From Chthonomonadia bacterium (lineage in GTDB: Bacteria > Armatimonadota > HRBIN16), in contig JABUFA010000001.1 of the NCBI GenBank assembly GCA_013314755.1, forward strand, positions 23,594 through 87,593: a stretch of DNA of 64,000 nucleotides, given 5' to 3'. This document shows, in pieces, positions 9,938-20,142 of the stretch; position 1 is the stretch's first letter, and each line of letters opens with the position of its first letter. The notes under the pieces are model-generated. The model was not told the origin of the DNA. It ran no database searches and was given only the letters and a program-made list of their open reading frames with translations. The position numbers and the translations under genes are program-made.

Positions 9938-10885
9938 TTGCCTCGTGCGGTGGTGACAGGAGGAGCGGGGTTTCTGGGGTCGCATCTGGTAGACCGACTG
10001 CTGGCGGAAGGCTATGAAGTCATCGTGCTGGATAACCTGATCACCGGCAGTGTGCAGAATATCGCGCATCTCGCCGGTAACGAACGCTTCCGCTTCATCA
10101 AACAGGATGTGACCGAATATCTCTATATCGACGGCGCGGTGGATATCGTCTTCCATTTCGCCTCGCCTGCCAGCCCGGTGGACTTCGCCACCAAGCCCAT
10201 CCAGATACTGAAGGTCAATGCACTGGGCACGCACAAAACGCTGGGGCTGGCGAAGGCAAAGGGCGCGCGCTACGTGCTGGCATCCACCTCGGAGGTATAC
10301 GGCGACCCCCTGATACACCCCCAAACAGAAGACTACACGGGCAATGTGAACCCGGTGGGCGTGCGAGGCGCATACGATGAAGGCAAACGCTTCGCCGAGG
10401 CGATGACCATGGCATACCACCGTCATCACGGACTGGACACGCGCATCGTGCGAATCTTCAATACCTTCGGCGAGCGCATGCGCCCGGATGACGGCAGGAT
10501 GATCCCCAACTTCATCGGGCAGGCACTGCGCGGCGAACCGATAACCGTGTACGGCGATGGACAGCAGACGCGCAGCTTCTGCTACGTCTCTGACCTGATA
10601 GAGGGCATCTGGAGGCTATCGCAACTGCCCGACTATCATGAACCGGTCAACATCGGCAACCCCGACGAGCGTACGGTGCTGGAGGTCGCTACCTTGATCC
10701 GGGAGATTGCCAACAGCAGGAGCGAGATAGTATTCCGCCCCCTCTTTTCGCCCGATGAGCCGCGCCGACGCAAGCCGGACATCACCCGGGCACGCCAACT
10801 GCTGGGCTGGGAGCCGCAGGTCAGCCTGGAAGAGGGACTGAGGCGCACCATTGAGTACTTTCGCCAGCGGATGGCACGTCCCTGA
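9938..10885 (+). CDS. uxs: UDP-glucuronate decarboxylase (UDP-xylose synthase; SDR family)
   Basis: Rossmann motif [10 protein letters not shown], a catalytic S..YxxxK region (ASTSEVYG...YDEGKR) and overall similarity to UXS1/ArnA-type decarboxylases. Confidence 0.85.
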   Translation: MPRAVVTGGAGFLGSHLVDRLLAEGYEVIVLDNLITGSVQNIAHLAGNERFRFIKQDVTEYLYIDGAVDIVFHFASPASPVDFATKPIQILKVNALGTHKTLGLAKAKGARYVLASTSEVYGDPLIHPQTEDYTGNVNPVGVRGAYDEGKRFAEAMTMAYHRHHGLDTRIVRIFNTFGERMRPDDGRMIPNFIGQALRGEPITVYGDGQQTRSFCYVSDLIEGIWRLSQLPDYHEPVNIGNPDERTVLEVATLIREIANSRSEIVFRPLFSPDEPRRRKPDITRARQLLGWEPQVSLEEGLRRTIEYFRQRMARP

Positions 10886-10891
10886 GCTATT

Positions 10892-11269
10892 CTAACCCGC
10901 CTTCGCCTTCCAGATGGGCACGTCGCGTTTGAGCGACTCCAGCAGGAACTGGCATCCCGCGAAAGCCTCTGCCCGGTGCGGGGCGTGCACGCCGATAATC
11001 ACTGCAATCTCGCCCACGCCCACCCTGCCGAGCCGATGGCGAAAATACACCCTGCTCAGCCCAAACTGCTCACGTGCCTGCTGAATGTACTGTTCCAGCA
11101 TCTGCTCTGCCATCGGCTCGTACGCCTCATACTCCAGATACTGGATGGGCACGCCGTTTTCCAGCCGACGCACCACCCCCAGAAACTCCACCGATGCGCC
11201 CGAATGCTCACTCATCGCTTCACGATGCCATTCCTCTGGAGACAGCGGTTCACGGGTCAAATAGCGCAT
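10892..11269 (-). CDS. moaE: Molybdopterin synthase catalytic subunit
   Basis: 125 aa; the internal segment GxxxVFxGxxR...E...Y..YxxMA (VEFLGVVRRLENG...YLEYEAYEPMA) is typical of MoaE. Last gene of the Moco operon. Confidence 0.8.
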   Translation of the reverse strand: MRYLTREPLSPEEWHREAMSEHSGASVEFLGVVRRLENGVPIQYLEYEAYEPMAEQMLEQYIQQAREQFGLSRVYFRHRLGRVGVGEIAVIIGVHAPHRAEAFAGCQFLLESLKRDVPIWKAKAG

Positions 11270-11272
11270 GGC

Positions 11273-11524
11273 TCAGCCTCCACTCACAGGGGGTATCAGC
11301 GCAACTTCATCACCGTCATGCAGGACGGCGTCTGGCTCCACGTACTCACAGTTCACCGCCACGCGCGTGGACTTCATCCACTGTATCAGCTCAGGACAGG
11401 TTTCCTGCAGGTGGCAAATCAAGTCGCGCACGGTGGCGCCATCGGTCAGGCTGACGGACACGGTTTCCGCACCCAGTACCGTTTTCAGATGAGCAAAAGC
11501 CAGAACCGAAACGGTCATACGCAT
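11273..11524 (-). CDS. moaD: Molybdopterin synthase sulfur-carrier subunit
   Basis: About 83 aa ending in the diagnostic C-terminal Gly-Gly (…IPPVSGG). Its ATG overlaps the moeA stop (ATGA). Confidence 0.7.
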   Translation of the reverse strand: MRMTVSVLAFAHLKTVLGAETVSVSLTDGATVRDLICHLQETCPELIQWMKSTRVAVNCEYVEPDAVLHDGDEVALIPPVSGG

Positions 11525-12759
11525 CCCTCCATCGGGGCGATAGGCAGTGCTTTGACGAGCGTACCCTCGGCATAAGTGTTCTCGCCCGGCGGCAGGTAGA
11601 TAAAGGCGTTCGCCTGCGCCAGACTGCCCAGCAGAGAAGAACCCTGCGCAGTGGTCGGAGTGACACTCAGAATGCCGTCCGGCATCACACACAGCTGTGC
11701 GGTCTGGAATTCGGCGCGCGATTCCTTCTTGTGGACGGACGTCCCCAGGCGAGCGGTCACATAACGCGGCAGAGGTTGCGTCTCACCCTCCAGAGCGTTC
11801 AGATAGGGCAGGACAAACACCAGCAGTCCCACCACCACCGCCAGCGGGTTGCCCGGCAGACCGAATATCGTGCGACCATAGTGCTTTGCGAACAGGATGG
11901 GCTTACCCGGCTTCATGTTCACCCGCCAGAAGACGGTCTCCACACCCAGCTCCTTCAGGGCGGGCTTGACCAGGTCTCGCTCGCCGACGGACACACCACC
12001 TGTTAGAATAAGCACATCTGCCTCGCAAAGCGCCCGCTCCAGCCATCTGGTTATCAAAGACAGGTCATCTGCAACGGTGTCGGCAAAGATACACCCGACG
12101 CCTCGCGATTCGAGCCACAACCGCAGTATCAGACTGTTGGAGTCACGGATGGCATCGGGGCGAAGGGGCGCGTTGTAGGGAAGCAGTTCACTGCCCGTAG
12201 CCAGTAAAGCCACGCGCGGGCGCCGATACACCTGCAGGGGAGACAGCCCCAGCGCAGCAAGCAGTCCGATATGCTGTAACCCCAGCCGCGTGCCCGCCTC
12301 TAACAGAGGTGTGCCTGTGGCGATATCCTGCCCTTTAGGACGAACGTGCATGCCGGGCTTTATCGGCGCATCGATTCGCAGATAGTCCCCCTCGATCTGC
12401 GCCTGCTCGACGGGCAGGACCGTGTTTGCGCCTGCAGGCATCGGTGCGCCCGTGTTGATGACCACTGCCTCCATCGGCTGAAGCCCGGCGGAATAACCCC
12501 TTCCCGCCGCCGATTCGCCCACGATTCGCAGGTGTACCGGAGCGTCGGGCGTTGCGGAAACGGTATCCTCTGCACGCAGGGCGTAGCCGTCCATCGCCGA
12601 GTTGTCGAAAGGCGGGAGGTCATGCGGTGCCACCAGATTCTGGGCAAGTACGCGCCCCACGCACTCCGCCAGGTCTGCCGTTTCCACCCCCAGCGGATTC
12701 ACCCCCTCCAGCACCTTCGCCTGGGCTTCCTCCACGCTTATCATCGTTTTTGCCGTCAT
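11515..12759 (-). CDS. moeA: Molybdopterin molybdotransferase
   Basis: 414 aa. MoeA N-terminal region (LPPFDNSAMDGYALRAED) and a central MoCF-binding domain (GGVSVGERD). Confidence 0.9.
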   Translation of the reverse strand: MTAKTMISVEEAQAKVLEGVNPLGVETADLAECVGRVLAQNLVAPHDLPPFDNSAMDGYALRAEDTVSATPDAPVHLRIVGESAAGRGYSAGLQPMEAVVINTGAPMPAGANTVLPVEQAQIEGDYLRIDAPIKPGMHVRPKGQDIATGTPLLEAGTRLGLQHIGLLAALGLSPLQVYRRPRVALLATGSELLPYNAPLRPDAIRDSNSLILRLWLESRGVGCIFADTVADDLSLITRWLERALCEADVLILTGGVSVGERDLVKPALKELGVETVFWRVNMKPGKPILFAKHYGRTIFGLPGNPLAVVVGLLVFVLPYLNALEGETQPLPRYVTARLGTSVHKKESRAEFQTAQLCVMPDGILSVTPTTAQGSSLLGSLAQANAFIYLPPGENTYAEGTLVKALPIAPMEGCV

Positions 12760-12772
12760 CCGCTCTTCTCCC

Positions 12773-13528
12773 TCAGAGAAGCGTTAGCATGAGCTTACCA
12801 CATGCAATCGCCAGCACCACAGCCAGCACCCGGTTCAGGGCGCTCGGTACCAGGCGTCTCGCGCCGAAGTAGGAACCTACCAGCCCACCCACTATCGCCA
12901 CCGCCATCGGCAACCACAGCGACCCGACCACCAGTTTATCCGTGCTCACCCGCGCCAGCAGTCCCGCCAGCGAGTTCAACAGCACAAAAGAGGCTGCTAC
13001 CCCTGCGGTATCGCGCGGCGTCGCCCATTTCAGCAGAATAAGCAGAGGGCTGAGAAACACCCCGCCTCCAATGCCCACAATGCCCGAAATCAAGCCCACT
13101 CCTGCGCCCACGCCCAGCGCGGTCGGCAAAGCAGGCGATTTGACACCATCCGCACCTGCCGAAGCGGTCCCACCCTGGAACAACAGCAGTCGTAACGCTG
13201 CCATCGCCAGCCCAACCGTCAGCAACAGATGGAACAGCCACAGGGGAACCTTCACCAGGCCACCGATGAACGCCGCCGGAATGGAGGCAACCAGAAACGA
13301 ACCCGCCAGCCGCGCCGGAAAGTGCCCCGCCAGCGCGAACTGCACCAGCGCTAGCCCCGAAACCACGGTGTTCAGGATCAGCGCGGTCGTAGATGCCTCC
13401 TGCGGGGGAACAGAGGAAGCCATCAGCGTCAGTAATGCCAGATAGCCTGTGGCGCCGCCATGCCCTACCGAAGCGTAGAGCATCGCAACCACAAAAAAGC
13501 CTATCAGCAGGTAGTACGCCTCATGCAT
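12773..13528 (-). CDS. TauE/SafE (DUF81) family anion exporter-like permease
   Basis: Polytopic membrane protein with the characteristic VGHGGATGYLALL start region and an internal repeat. Probable start at the internal MHEAYYLL. Embedded in the Moco operon. Confidence 0.7.
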   Translation of the reverse strand: MHEAYYLLIGFFVVAMLYASVGHGGATGYLALLTLMASSVPPQEASTTALILNTVVSGLALVQFALAGHFPARLAGSFLVASIPAAFIGGLVKVPLWLFHLLLTVGLAMAALRLLLFQGGTASAGADGVKSPALPTALGVGAGVGLISGIVGIGGGVFLSPLLILLKWATPRDTAGVAASFVLLNSLAGLLARVSTDKLVVGSLWLPMAVAIVGGLVGSYFGARRLVPSALNRVLAVVLAIACGKLMLTLL

Positions 13529-14495
13529 CCCCACAACCCTTTGGCGTATGGTCGCCACCCTGCACCATCTGAATGGCATGGCGAAGCAGGGGGCGCAGGG
13601 CATCGAGGTGTTCCTGCACAGCGCGAGGACTGCCCGGAAGGTTAACGATTAGAGTGCGCCCGCGCACACCTGCCGTCGCCCGCGACAGGTAGGCAAAGGG
13701 CGTATGGATTGCCGTCTGCAGGCGCAACCAGTCGGTAATACTGGATAGTTCGCGGTCAATCGCCGACCGGGTGGCTTCAGGCGTAACGTCGCGCGGGGAG
13801 GGACCTGTTCCGCCCGTGGTCAGGATAAGCTCTGGCTGAAGGCTGTCACTCAGACGGATGAGCTCGTTGCGGATTGCGTCGCGGTCGTCGGGAACAAGCG
13901 TGTAGGAGACCACCTCTGCTCCCTGCTCTTCCAGCCAGCGTTGAACCAGAGCGCCGCTCTCGTCGGTGTACACGCCCGAGCTGGCGCGGTCGCTGATGGT
14001 CAGCACGGCGGCGCGAACACCTTCCAGCAGGCGAGATTCGGAAGGCTGGGGAGCGGTCTCCCTCTCCCACACGCCCGACTTGCCCCCCGACTTGCGAATC
14101 AGGCGTACGGAGAACTCCATCCCTGGGTCCTGTGACTTTGCCCAGTCATAAAGACACAGCGCGGCGACGCTGGCAGCGGTCAGCGCTTCCATCTCCACGC
14201 CGGTGCGGTCGTGGGTGCGCGCCCGAGCACGAATGATGATTTGCCCCTCCTCCAGACTCATGCTCAGTTCCACGCTATCCAGGCGGATGGGATGGCACAT
14301 GGGAAGAAGCTCGGGCGTGCGTTTGGCGGCAAACGTGCCAGCAACCTGCGCGGCGGGTATCGCCTGTCCTTTCGGCAGTTTGCCTTCCCAGAGCGCACGC
14401 AGCACCAGCGGGTCACCGCGCAGGATAGCCTCCGCTTCCGCCTCGCGCCGCGTCTCCGCCTTCTCGCCGACGTCAACCATGCGTACCTCGCCCAT
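13521..14495 (-). CDS. moaC: Bifunctional cyclic pyranopterin monophosphate synthase MoaC fused to MogA/MoaB-type molybdopterin adenylyltransferase domain
   Basis: The N-terminal half has MoaC signatures (MVDVGEK, PMCHPI). The C-terminal half has a MogA/MoaB domain (AAVLTISDRAS, TTGGTGPSPRDVTPEA). Confidence 0.8.
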   Translation of the reverse strand: MGEVRMVDVGEKAETRREAEAEAILRGDPLVLRALWEGKLPKGQAIPAAQVAGTFAAKRTPELLPMCHPIRLDSVELSMSLEEGQIIIRARARTHDRTGVEMEALTAASVAALCLYDWAKSQDPGMEFSVRLIRKSGGKSGVWERETAPQPSESRLLEGVRAAVLTISDRASSGVYTDESGALVQRWLEEQGAEVVSYTLVPDDRDAIRNELIRLSDSLQPELILTTGGTGPSPRDVTPEATRSAIDRELSSITDWLRLQTAIHTPFAYLSRATAGVRGRTLIVNLPGSPRAVQEHLDALRPLLRHAIQMVQGGDHTPKGCGDA

Positions 14496-14499
14496 CTGC

Positions 14500-15498
14500 T
14501 TATCCTCCTATCACCCGCATGGTTCGGAAGGTTGGGTGCGGCGCCAGCGTGACAAACTGATGCCCCTCGGGTTTGCTGAGCAGAGCCTGCTCTATGCCTT
14601 CCATGATTGCCTGTTCGCGCTGGTCTGGTGACAGCTTCAGCGCAGGCTTCATGTCCACGTGCACTCCATGTCCCAGACACGGGTAAAGCAATCCATCGGA
14701 GCTGAGGCGCATCCGGTTACAGCGATGGCAGAAGTTCGCAGTACACGCGCCGATGAATCCAAGCGTGCCCTGTGCACCGGGCAGACGAAACACACTCGCG
14801 GGACCACCGCCAACCGCCTCGCCCTCGGTCACCGGGATGAGTTCGCCCAGCTGGGCACAGCGCGCCTTCGCCTCGCCGATGGGGAACAGATGCCCCCGCC
14901 GATAGAAGCCGATGTTGCCGATGGGCATCAGCTCAATGAAGCGCACATGCAGAGGATATTCCAGCGTCAGCCGCGCGAAGTCCACCACCTCATCGTCGTT
15001 AATGCCCTTCATCAGCACGCAGTTGATTTTGACCGGCTTCAGCCCGACGGCGAGCGCTGTCTGGATACCTGCCCACACCTCTTCCCATTGCCCAGCAGGG
15101 GAAACGCGGTGGAACTTCTGAGGTTGAAGGGTGTCCAGAGAGATGTTCACCCGTTTCAATCCGTTGCGCTTGAGGGCATCGGCGTAGCGGGGAAGCAGGA
15201 TGCCGTTTGTGCTGAGAGAAATGTCGGTGATGCCCGGAATCTGCGCCAGCAGGCGCACCAGTTCGGGAACATGCGGGCGCACCAGAGGCTCGCCCCCGGT
15301 GATGCGCACCCGGCGCAGTCCATGTCGCGCCAGCACACGCACAATCTCGGCAATCTCTTCAAAGGTGAGCAGATGCTCGCGCGGTTCGTAGCCACGGTTC
15401 TCAGGTGCGACGCAGTACACACAGCACATGTTGCACCGTTCCGTGACTGAAATCCGCAGGTATTCAATTACCCGCCCGAACCGGTCCCGCAGGAGCAT
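14500..15498 (-). CDS. moaA: GTP 3',8-cyclase (radical SAM)
   Basis: CxxxCxxC radical-SAM motif (ERCNMCCVYC), a second auxiliary Fe-S cysteine cluster and a C-terminal GG. The real start is the ATG at 15498, not the ORF-track start 15708. Confidence 0.9.
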   Translation of the reverse strand: MLLRDRFGRVIEYLRISVTERCNMCCVYCVAPENRGYEPREHLLTFEEIAEIVRVLARHGLRRVRITGGEPLVRPHVPELVRLLAQIPGITDISLSTNGILLPRYADALKRNGLKRVNISLDTLQPQKFHRVSPAGQWEEVWAGIQTALAVGLKPVKINCVLMKGINDDEVVDFARLTLEYPLHVRFIELMPIGNIGFYRRGHLFPIGEAKARCAQLGELIPVTEGEAVGGGPASVFRLPGAQGTLGFIGACTANFCHRCNRMRLSSDGLLYPCLGHGVHVDMKPALKLSPDQREQAIMEGIEQALLSKPEGHQFVTLAPHPTFRTMRVIGG

Positions 15499-15589
15499 AC
15501 TCACCCTCACTTTACTTTTGCTAAATAACAGAATACCCTGCCTGCTGCGGGAAATCAAGAGAAGGGCAAAGCTATCCCGTACACAGGGA

Positions 15590-16057
15590 TTACTGTGCGC
15601 TCTGTGCCTCCTGCTCCTCCGCCAGCGCCTCGAGGAAGGCGTCCACGCCAGCCTGCGCCACGATACGGTCCTGCTCGATCGTGCCGGAGCTGACCCCAAC
15701 CGCGCCAATCACCTGACCGTCCACGACAATCGGCAAGCCGCCGCCGAATATCATGAACCGCCCCTGGTTGCTCACATGGATGCCAAACGCCGCACCGCCC
15801 TGTGGGGACGCGATGGTGGCGTATTCGTGGGTGCCGCGCCTTGTGCCGGCTGCGGTGAACGCCTTATTGATGGCGATGTCGATGCTGGTGATGCGTGCAT
15901 TGTCCATGCGGCAGAAAGCGATGAGGTTTCCTCCATCGTCCACAACGGCAATATCCATATCCTGTCCCAGTTCGCGCGACTTCGCCTCACACGCCTGAAT
16001 AATCAGCTTTGCGCCTTCCAGTGTCAGTTTAATTCGGTTCCTCTGTACCAGTGCCAT
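15590..16057 (-). CDS. GlcG/HbpS-like (DUF336) heme-binding family protein
   Basis: About 156 aa from the internal MALVQRN start. Pattern AxxKA..A...G..........GG........A (AINKAFTAA, FGGGLPIVVDGQVIGAVGVSG) is typical of DUF336. Confidence 0.65.
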   Translation of the reverse strand: MALVQRNRIKLTLEGAKLIIQACEAKSRELGQDMDIAVVDDGGNLIAFCRMDNARITSIDIAINKAFTAAGTRRGTHEYATIASPQGGAAFGIHVSNQGRFMIFGGGLPIVVDGQVIGAVGVSSGTIEQDRIVAQAGVDAFLEALAEEQEAQSAQ

Positions 16058-16182
16058 GCCTTTATGCCTCCCCTGTGAAAGAACGCTCATGCGTGCCTTT
16101 GCACTCAGTATACCACTTCGCACAGGGTAAGGCAACAGACATGGCAGGAAACGCGCCACCTTCGGCGAACTTATCTGCCGAG

Positions 16183-17199
16183 ATGAGTCGCTCACTGGGT
16201 GCACTTGTCTGTATCGTGCTGGGTTGCGTAACAGCATGGTGTGCAGAATGTCAGTCGGACGGCTGGCGCGCCCCCTTCGCCGTGCGCAACGCGGAACCGT
16301 TGAATGTCCTTTTCCTGCAGGCGACCCCCGAGTCAGCGCAGGTTCTGCCCAGAGGCGAGAGCCGGATCAGCCTCCATTTGGACGTTATCAACCACCTGCT
16401 GTTCGACAGAGCGGGAGACAACCGCTTCGAGCAGGATTTCGAAGTACAGCGGCTGACGATGGCATACACCACCGGTCTTGGCAACGGGTGGGATGTGGCG
16501 CTCTATCTGCCGGTGCTTGCGCGGAACGGCGGCTTTTTGGACGAGCTGATCAACGTCTGGCACCGGTGGTTCGGATTCAAGGGCGGCGGCAGGGCAAGCT
16601 ATCGGAACTATCAGATTCACGAACGCATCACGCAGGGCGGGCACAACCTTGTTTCACTGAGCAAACCAGCGGCAGGGACGGGTGACACCGTGCTGGAGCT
16701 GCGCCGGTCCCTGGGGCAATCGGGCAGGAGCTTCTGGGCGCTACGGGCTATACTCAAACTGCCCACAGGCAACCCCGCCCAGCAATTTGGAAGTGGGGCA
16801 GTAGATGCCGGATTGGGAGTGCTGTTCAGCTACCAGAGCGGTAAGAACCTCATCTGGCATGTAAACCTGAGCAGGGTGTGGGTGGGCAAACCCACCCATC
16901 TGGGCGCATCCGCACGCGACATGGTGCAGTGGCTGATAGCGGTGGAATATCTGCCCGACGCCCACACCTCGCTGGTTCTGCAGATTGACGATAATCGCAC
17001 CCCGGTGGTGGTCGGCGTGCCGTATGCAGATGGTGCCCGGCGTTCGCTGACGGTGGGCGTTTCGCGTGATATACGTCCCGGAATGCGCGCCGAGCTATCC
17101 ATCACCCAAAACCAGTTCGGCTGGCCGGCGCGAATTGCCCCCGATTTTCATCTTCACGCTGGCATCACCTGGGAATATGGAGGCTTAAAATCCCCTTAA
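16183..17199 (+). CDS. Putative lipoprotein / outer-membrane beta-rich protein (hypothetical)
   Basis: Signal peptide with lipobox VLGC (MSRSLGALVCIVLGCVTAWC). The rest has alternating-polarity, beta-barrel-like segments. No confident family. Confidence 0.4.
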   Translation: MSRSLGALVCIVLGCVTAWCAECQSDGWRAPFAVRNAEPLNVLFLQATPESAQVLPRGESRISLHLDVINHLLFDRAGDNRFEQDFEVQRLTMAYTTGLGNGWDVALYLPVLARNGGFLDELINVWHRWFGFKGGGRASYRNYQIHERITQGGHNLVSLSKPAAGTGDTVLELRRSLGQSGRSFWALRAILKLPTGNPAQQFGSGAVDAGLGVLFSYQSGKNLIWHVNLSRVWVGKPTHLGASARDMVQWLIAVEYLPDAHTSLVLQIDDNRTPVVVGVPYADGARRSLTVGVSRDIRPGMRAELSITQNQFGWPARIAPDFHLHAGITWEYGGLKSP

Positions 17200-17249
17200 C
17201 AATAGCGCGATATGATAACATTCGAGAACATCGTAGCGAGGAGGCAAGG

Positions 17250-18305
17250 ATGTTTCCGAACTCAAGACTGCTCTTGGCGGTGATAGCAGTCAGTGTGGTA
17301 ATTATCGCGGGCTGTGCGCCGAAAAAGAGCCCGAATACGACGGGCGCGACCGGGGCGAAGGTGCAAATCACGGGGGCGGGTTCTACATTTGTGTACCCCC
17401 TCATGTCGCGCTGGTCGGCGGAGTATGAAAAGAACAGCGGAGTGCAGGTGAATTACCAGAGCATTGGAAGCGGTGGAGGCATTCAGCAGTTCAAGGAAGG
17501 CACGATCGATTTTGGTGCTACCGATGTGGCGGTTTCGTTAGAGGAAGAGAAGACCTTCACCCGTCCGTTTGTGCAGATACCGGTAGTGGCAGGCACTGTA
17601 GCGGTGGTGTACAACCTGCCTGGCATCACCACCAACCTCAAACTCACCCCATCCGTGCTGGCAGACATCTTCCTGGGCAAGATAAAGAAGTGGAACGACG
17701 TCCGTATCGCGCAGCTGAACCCGGACGTTAAACTTCCGGACATGGACATCGTCGTGGTGCACCGCTCGGACGGCAGCGGCACCACCTACATCTTCACCGA
17801 CTACCTTTCTACCGTCAGTTCCGAATGGGAGCAGAAGATAGGCCGTGGCAAATCGGTGAGCTGGCCCACGGGCGTTGGCGGCAAGGGCAACGAAGGGGTC
17901 ACCGGTCAGGTGAAGCAGTTGCCGGGCGCCATCGGCTACGTGGAACTGAGCTACGCGAGGCACAACAACCTGCCCTTTGCGGCCATTCAAAACGCATCAG
18001 GTAATTTCGTCCTGCCTTCCGAAGAAACAGGTATGGAGGCAACTGCCGCAGCGGTGGAGCGACTGAAGCAGGATATCCGAAGCAGTGCGGTCAACATGCC
18101 CGGTGAAAACAGCTACCCGATTACCGGTTTCGTGTACGTGCTGCTGGACACCCAGCCGAAGGACAAGACAAAAGCGGCGGAGATTAAAAAGTTCTTCGAG
18201 TGGGTGCTGAAGGAGGGGCAGAAGATGGCTTCTGAACTGGACTACGTTCCGTTAGCCAGCGAAGTGGTGGAGATGTCGCTCCAGAAGCTTGCTGAGGTAC
18301 AGTAG
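17250..18305 (+). CDS. pstS: Phosphate ABC transporter substrate-binding protein
   Basis: Signal peptide plus TGAGSTFVYP / SIGSGGG / FGATD PstS motifs. First gene of the pstSCAB block. Confidence 0.9.
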   Translation: MFPNSRLLLAVIAVSVVIIAGCAPKKSPNTTGATGAKVQITGAGSTFVYPLMSRWSAEYEKNSGVQVNYQSIGSGGGIQQFKEGTIDFGATDVAVSLEEEKTFTRPFVQIPVVAGTVAVVYNLPGITTNLKLTPSVLADIFLGKIKKWNDVRIAQLNPDVKLPDMDIVVVHRSDGSGTTYIFTDYLSTVSSEWEQKIGRGKSVSWPTGVGGKGNEGVTGQVKQLPGAIGYVELSYARHNNLPFAAIQNASGNFVLPSEETGMEATAAAVERLKQDIRSSAVNMPGENSYPITGFVYVLLDTQPKDKTKAAEIKKFFEWVLKEGQKMASELDYVPLASEVVEMSLQKLAEVQ

Positions 18306-18310
18306 GCTGA

Positions 18311-19285
18311 ATGAACGAAACGACAACAGGCGACCCGACAGCACCAAAAGTGCGCACGCATAATCGGGCAGCGACCTTCTGGTCCGACCGGCTGTTCCGG
18401 GCGGCAGCGGTGGCGTGTGCCTCGGTGGTGGTACTGCTGGTGCTGTTCTTCGCGTACGAGCTGTGGCGTTCCTCAGAGCTGAGTATTCGCACCTTTGGGT
18501 GGCGTTTTTGGATATCGCGCGATTGGGACCCGGTGCGCGAGCGCTTCGGTGCGCTACCCTTCATCTGGGGAACGCTGGTTACTTCGGTCGCTGCGCTGAT
18601 TATCGCTGTGCCCTTAAGCCTGGGCACGGCTATCTTCATCGCCGAAGTTGCCCCACGCTGGTTGAGGCAGCCGGTGTCGTTCGTGGTAGAACTGCTGGCT
18701 GCGATTCCCTCGGTGGTATATGGCTTGTGGGGCGTGTTCGTGATGGTACCCTGGCTTCGCGAACACGTGCAGGTGCCGCTATCCCAGCGATTCGGACACA
18801 TTCCCCTGTTCGCAGGACCCGCTTTTGGCGTCAGCATGATGGCGGCGATACTTGTCCTGTCGGTGATGATTATCCCGTATATCACTGCGGTGTCGCGTGA
18901 GGTCATCCTGGCGGTACCGCAGGCGCAACGGGAAGCCTCTTACGGTCTCGGTGCCACCAAATGGGAAACCATTCGTCGGGTGGTGCTTCGCTATGCACGG
19001 GTGGGCATTCTGGGTGCGATTATCCTGGGCTACGGACGTGCCGTCGGCGAGACAATGGCGGTAACCATGGTGATCGGTAACCGCCCGGAAATTACCACCT
19101 CGCTATTACAGCCCGGCTATACTCTGGCAAGCGTTATCGCCAACGAGTTCACCGAGGCGACCTCGCCGCTGTATCTTTCCTCGCTGACGGAGCTGGGGCT
19201 ACTGCTGTTCATCATTACCCTGGTTATCAATGCACTGGCTCGCCTGCTGGTATGGCAGGTGAGCCGGGGGGAGGTCCAGCGTTGA
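18311..19285 (+). CDS. pstC: Phosphate ABC transporter permease
   Basis: Polytopic permease with an EAA-like loop (EASYGLGATKWETIRRVVL). Follows pstS. Confidence 0.9.
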   Translation: MNETTTGDPTAPKVRTHNRAATFWSDRLFRAAAVACASVVVLLVLFFAYELWRSSELSIRTFGWRFWISRDWDPVRERFGALPFIWGTLVTSVAALIIAVPLSLGTAIFIAEVAPRWLRQPVSFVVELLAAIPSVVYGLWGVFVMVPWLREHVQVPLSQRFGHIPLFAGPAFGVSMMAAILVLSVMIIPYITAVSREVILAVPQAQREASYGLGATKWETIRRVVLRYARVGILGAIILGYGRAVGETMAVTMVIGNRPEITTSLLQPGYTLASVIANEFTEATSPLYLSSLTELGLLLFIITLVINALARLLVWQVSRGEVQR

Positions 19286-20142
19286 TACGCCTTTCGCGGA
19301 CGCATGAGTGGTGGCGTCGTGTGCTGAACGTGCTCGCTCTGACGCTTACGGGCGTGTGCGCACTGCTGGTGATGGCGCCGGTGTTCATCATCCTCATCTA
19401 CCTGGTGACAAATGGCATCCGCTCGGTGAACTTAGAGTTTCTGACTAGCCTGCCCAAACCTCCGGGTGAGCCGGGCGGAGGGCTGGCGAACGCCATCGTG
19501 GGCAGTTTCTACATGGTGGGGCTGGCGCTGGTGTTGTCGCTGCCGATAGGAGTAGGAGCAGGGGTATACCTGGCGGAGTTCGGACAGAGCCGGTATGCTC
19601 ACCTGATCCGCTTTGTGGCGGACGTGCTGAACGGCATGCCCAGCATCGTGATAGGCGTCTCGGTGTGGGCACTGCTGGTGGTACCCATGCGTACCTTCTC
19701 GGCGCTTGCCGGGGGCGTGGCGCTGGCGTTTATCATGATACCGATGATTACCCGCACCACCGAAGAGATGGTACGCGCCGTGCCGAACGCCCTGCGTGAA
19801 GCCTCGCTGGGGCTGGGCGCCACCTACGCCCGCACCATGTGGAGCGTTGTCCTGCCCGCAGCGCGAGGCGGCATCGTTACGGGGGTGATGCTGGCTCTGG
19901 CGCGAGTTTTCGGCGAGGCGGCACCCCTGCTGTTCACCGCGCTGGGCAACCGATTCTGGAACCTGTATCTCGACCGCCCGATGGCGAGCCTACCCACCCA
20001 GATTTACGAGTACGCCAAGTCCCCTTACGAGGACTGGCATCGCCAGGCGTGGGCGGCGGCTCTGCTTTTGATTGTGGTGGTGCTGATACTGAACATCGTT
20101 GCGCGAGTATCTACCCGTGAACGCTTCCGGGCATTGAGGTGA
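19252..20142 (+). CDS. pstA: Phosphate ABC transporter permease
   Basis: Second permease with EAA loop [20 protein letters not shown]. Confidence 0.85.
   Translation: MAGEPGGGPALIRLSRTHEWWRRVLNVLALTLTGVCALLVMAPVFIILIYLVTNGIRSVNLEFLTSLPKPPGEPGGGLANAIVGSFYMVGLALVLSLPIGVGAGVYLAEFGQSRYAHLIRFVADVLNGMPSIVIGVSVWALLVVPMRTFSALAGGVALAFIMIPMITRTTEEMVRAVPNALREASLGLGATYARTMWSVVLPAARGGIVTGVMLALARVFGEAAPLLFTALGNRFWNLYLDRPMASLPTQIYEYAKSPYEDWHRQAWAAALLLIVVVLILNIVARVSTRERFRALR

Noticed and set aside
15499-15708. 70-aa N-terminal extension on moaA; similar extensions on 12773 (tauE) and 15590 (glcG-like) ORFs
   Set aside because: The extensions are Arg/Ser-rich with no homology. Internal ATG/GTG starts coincide with the conserved N-termini of the families.
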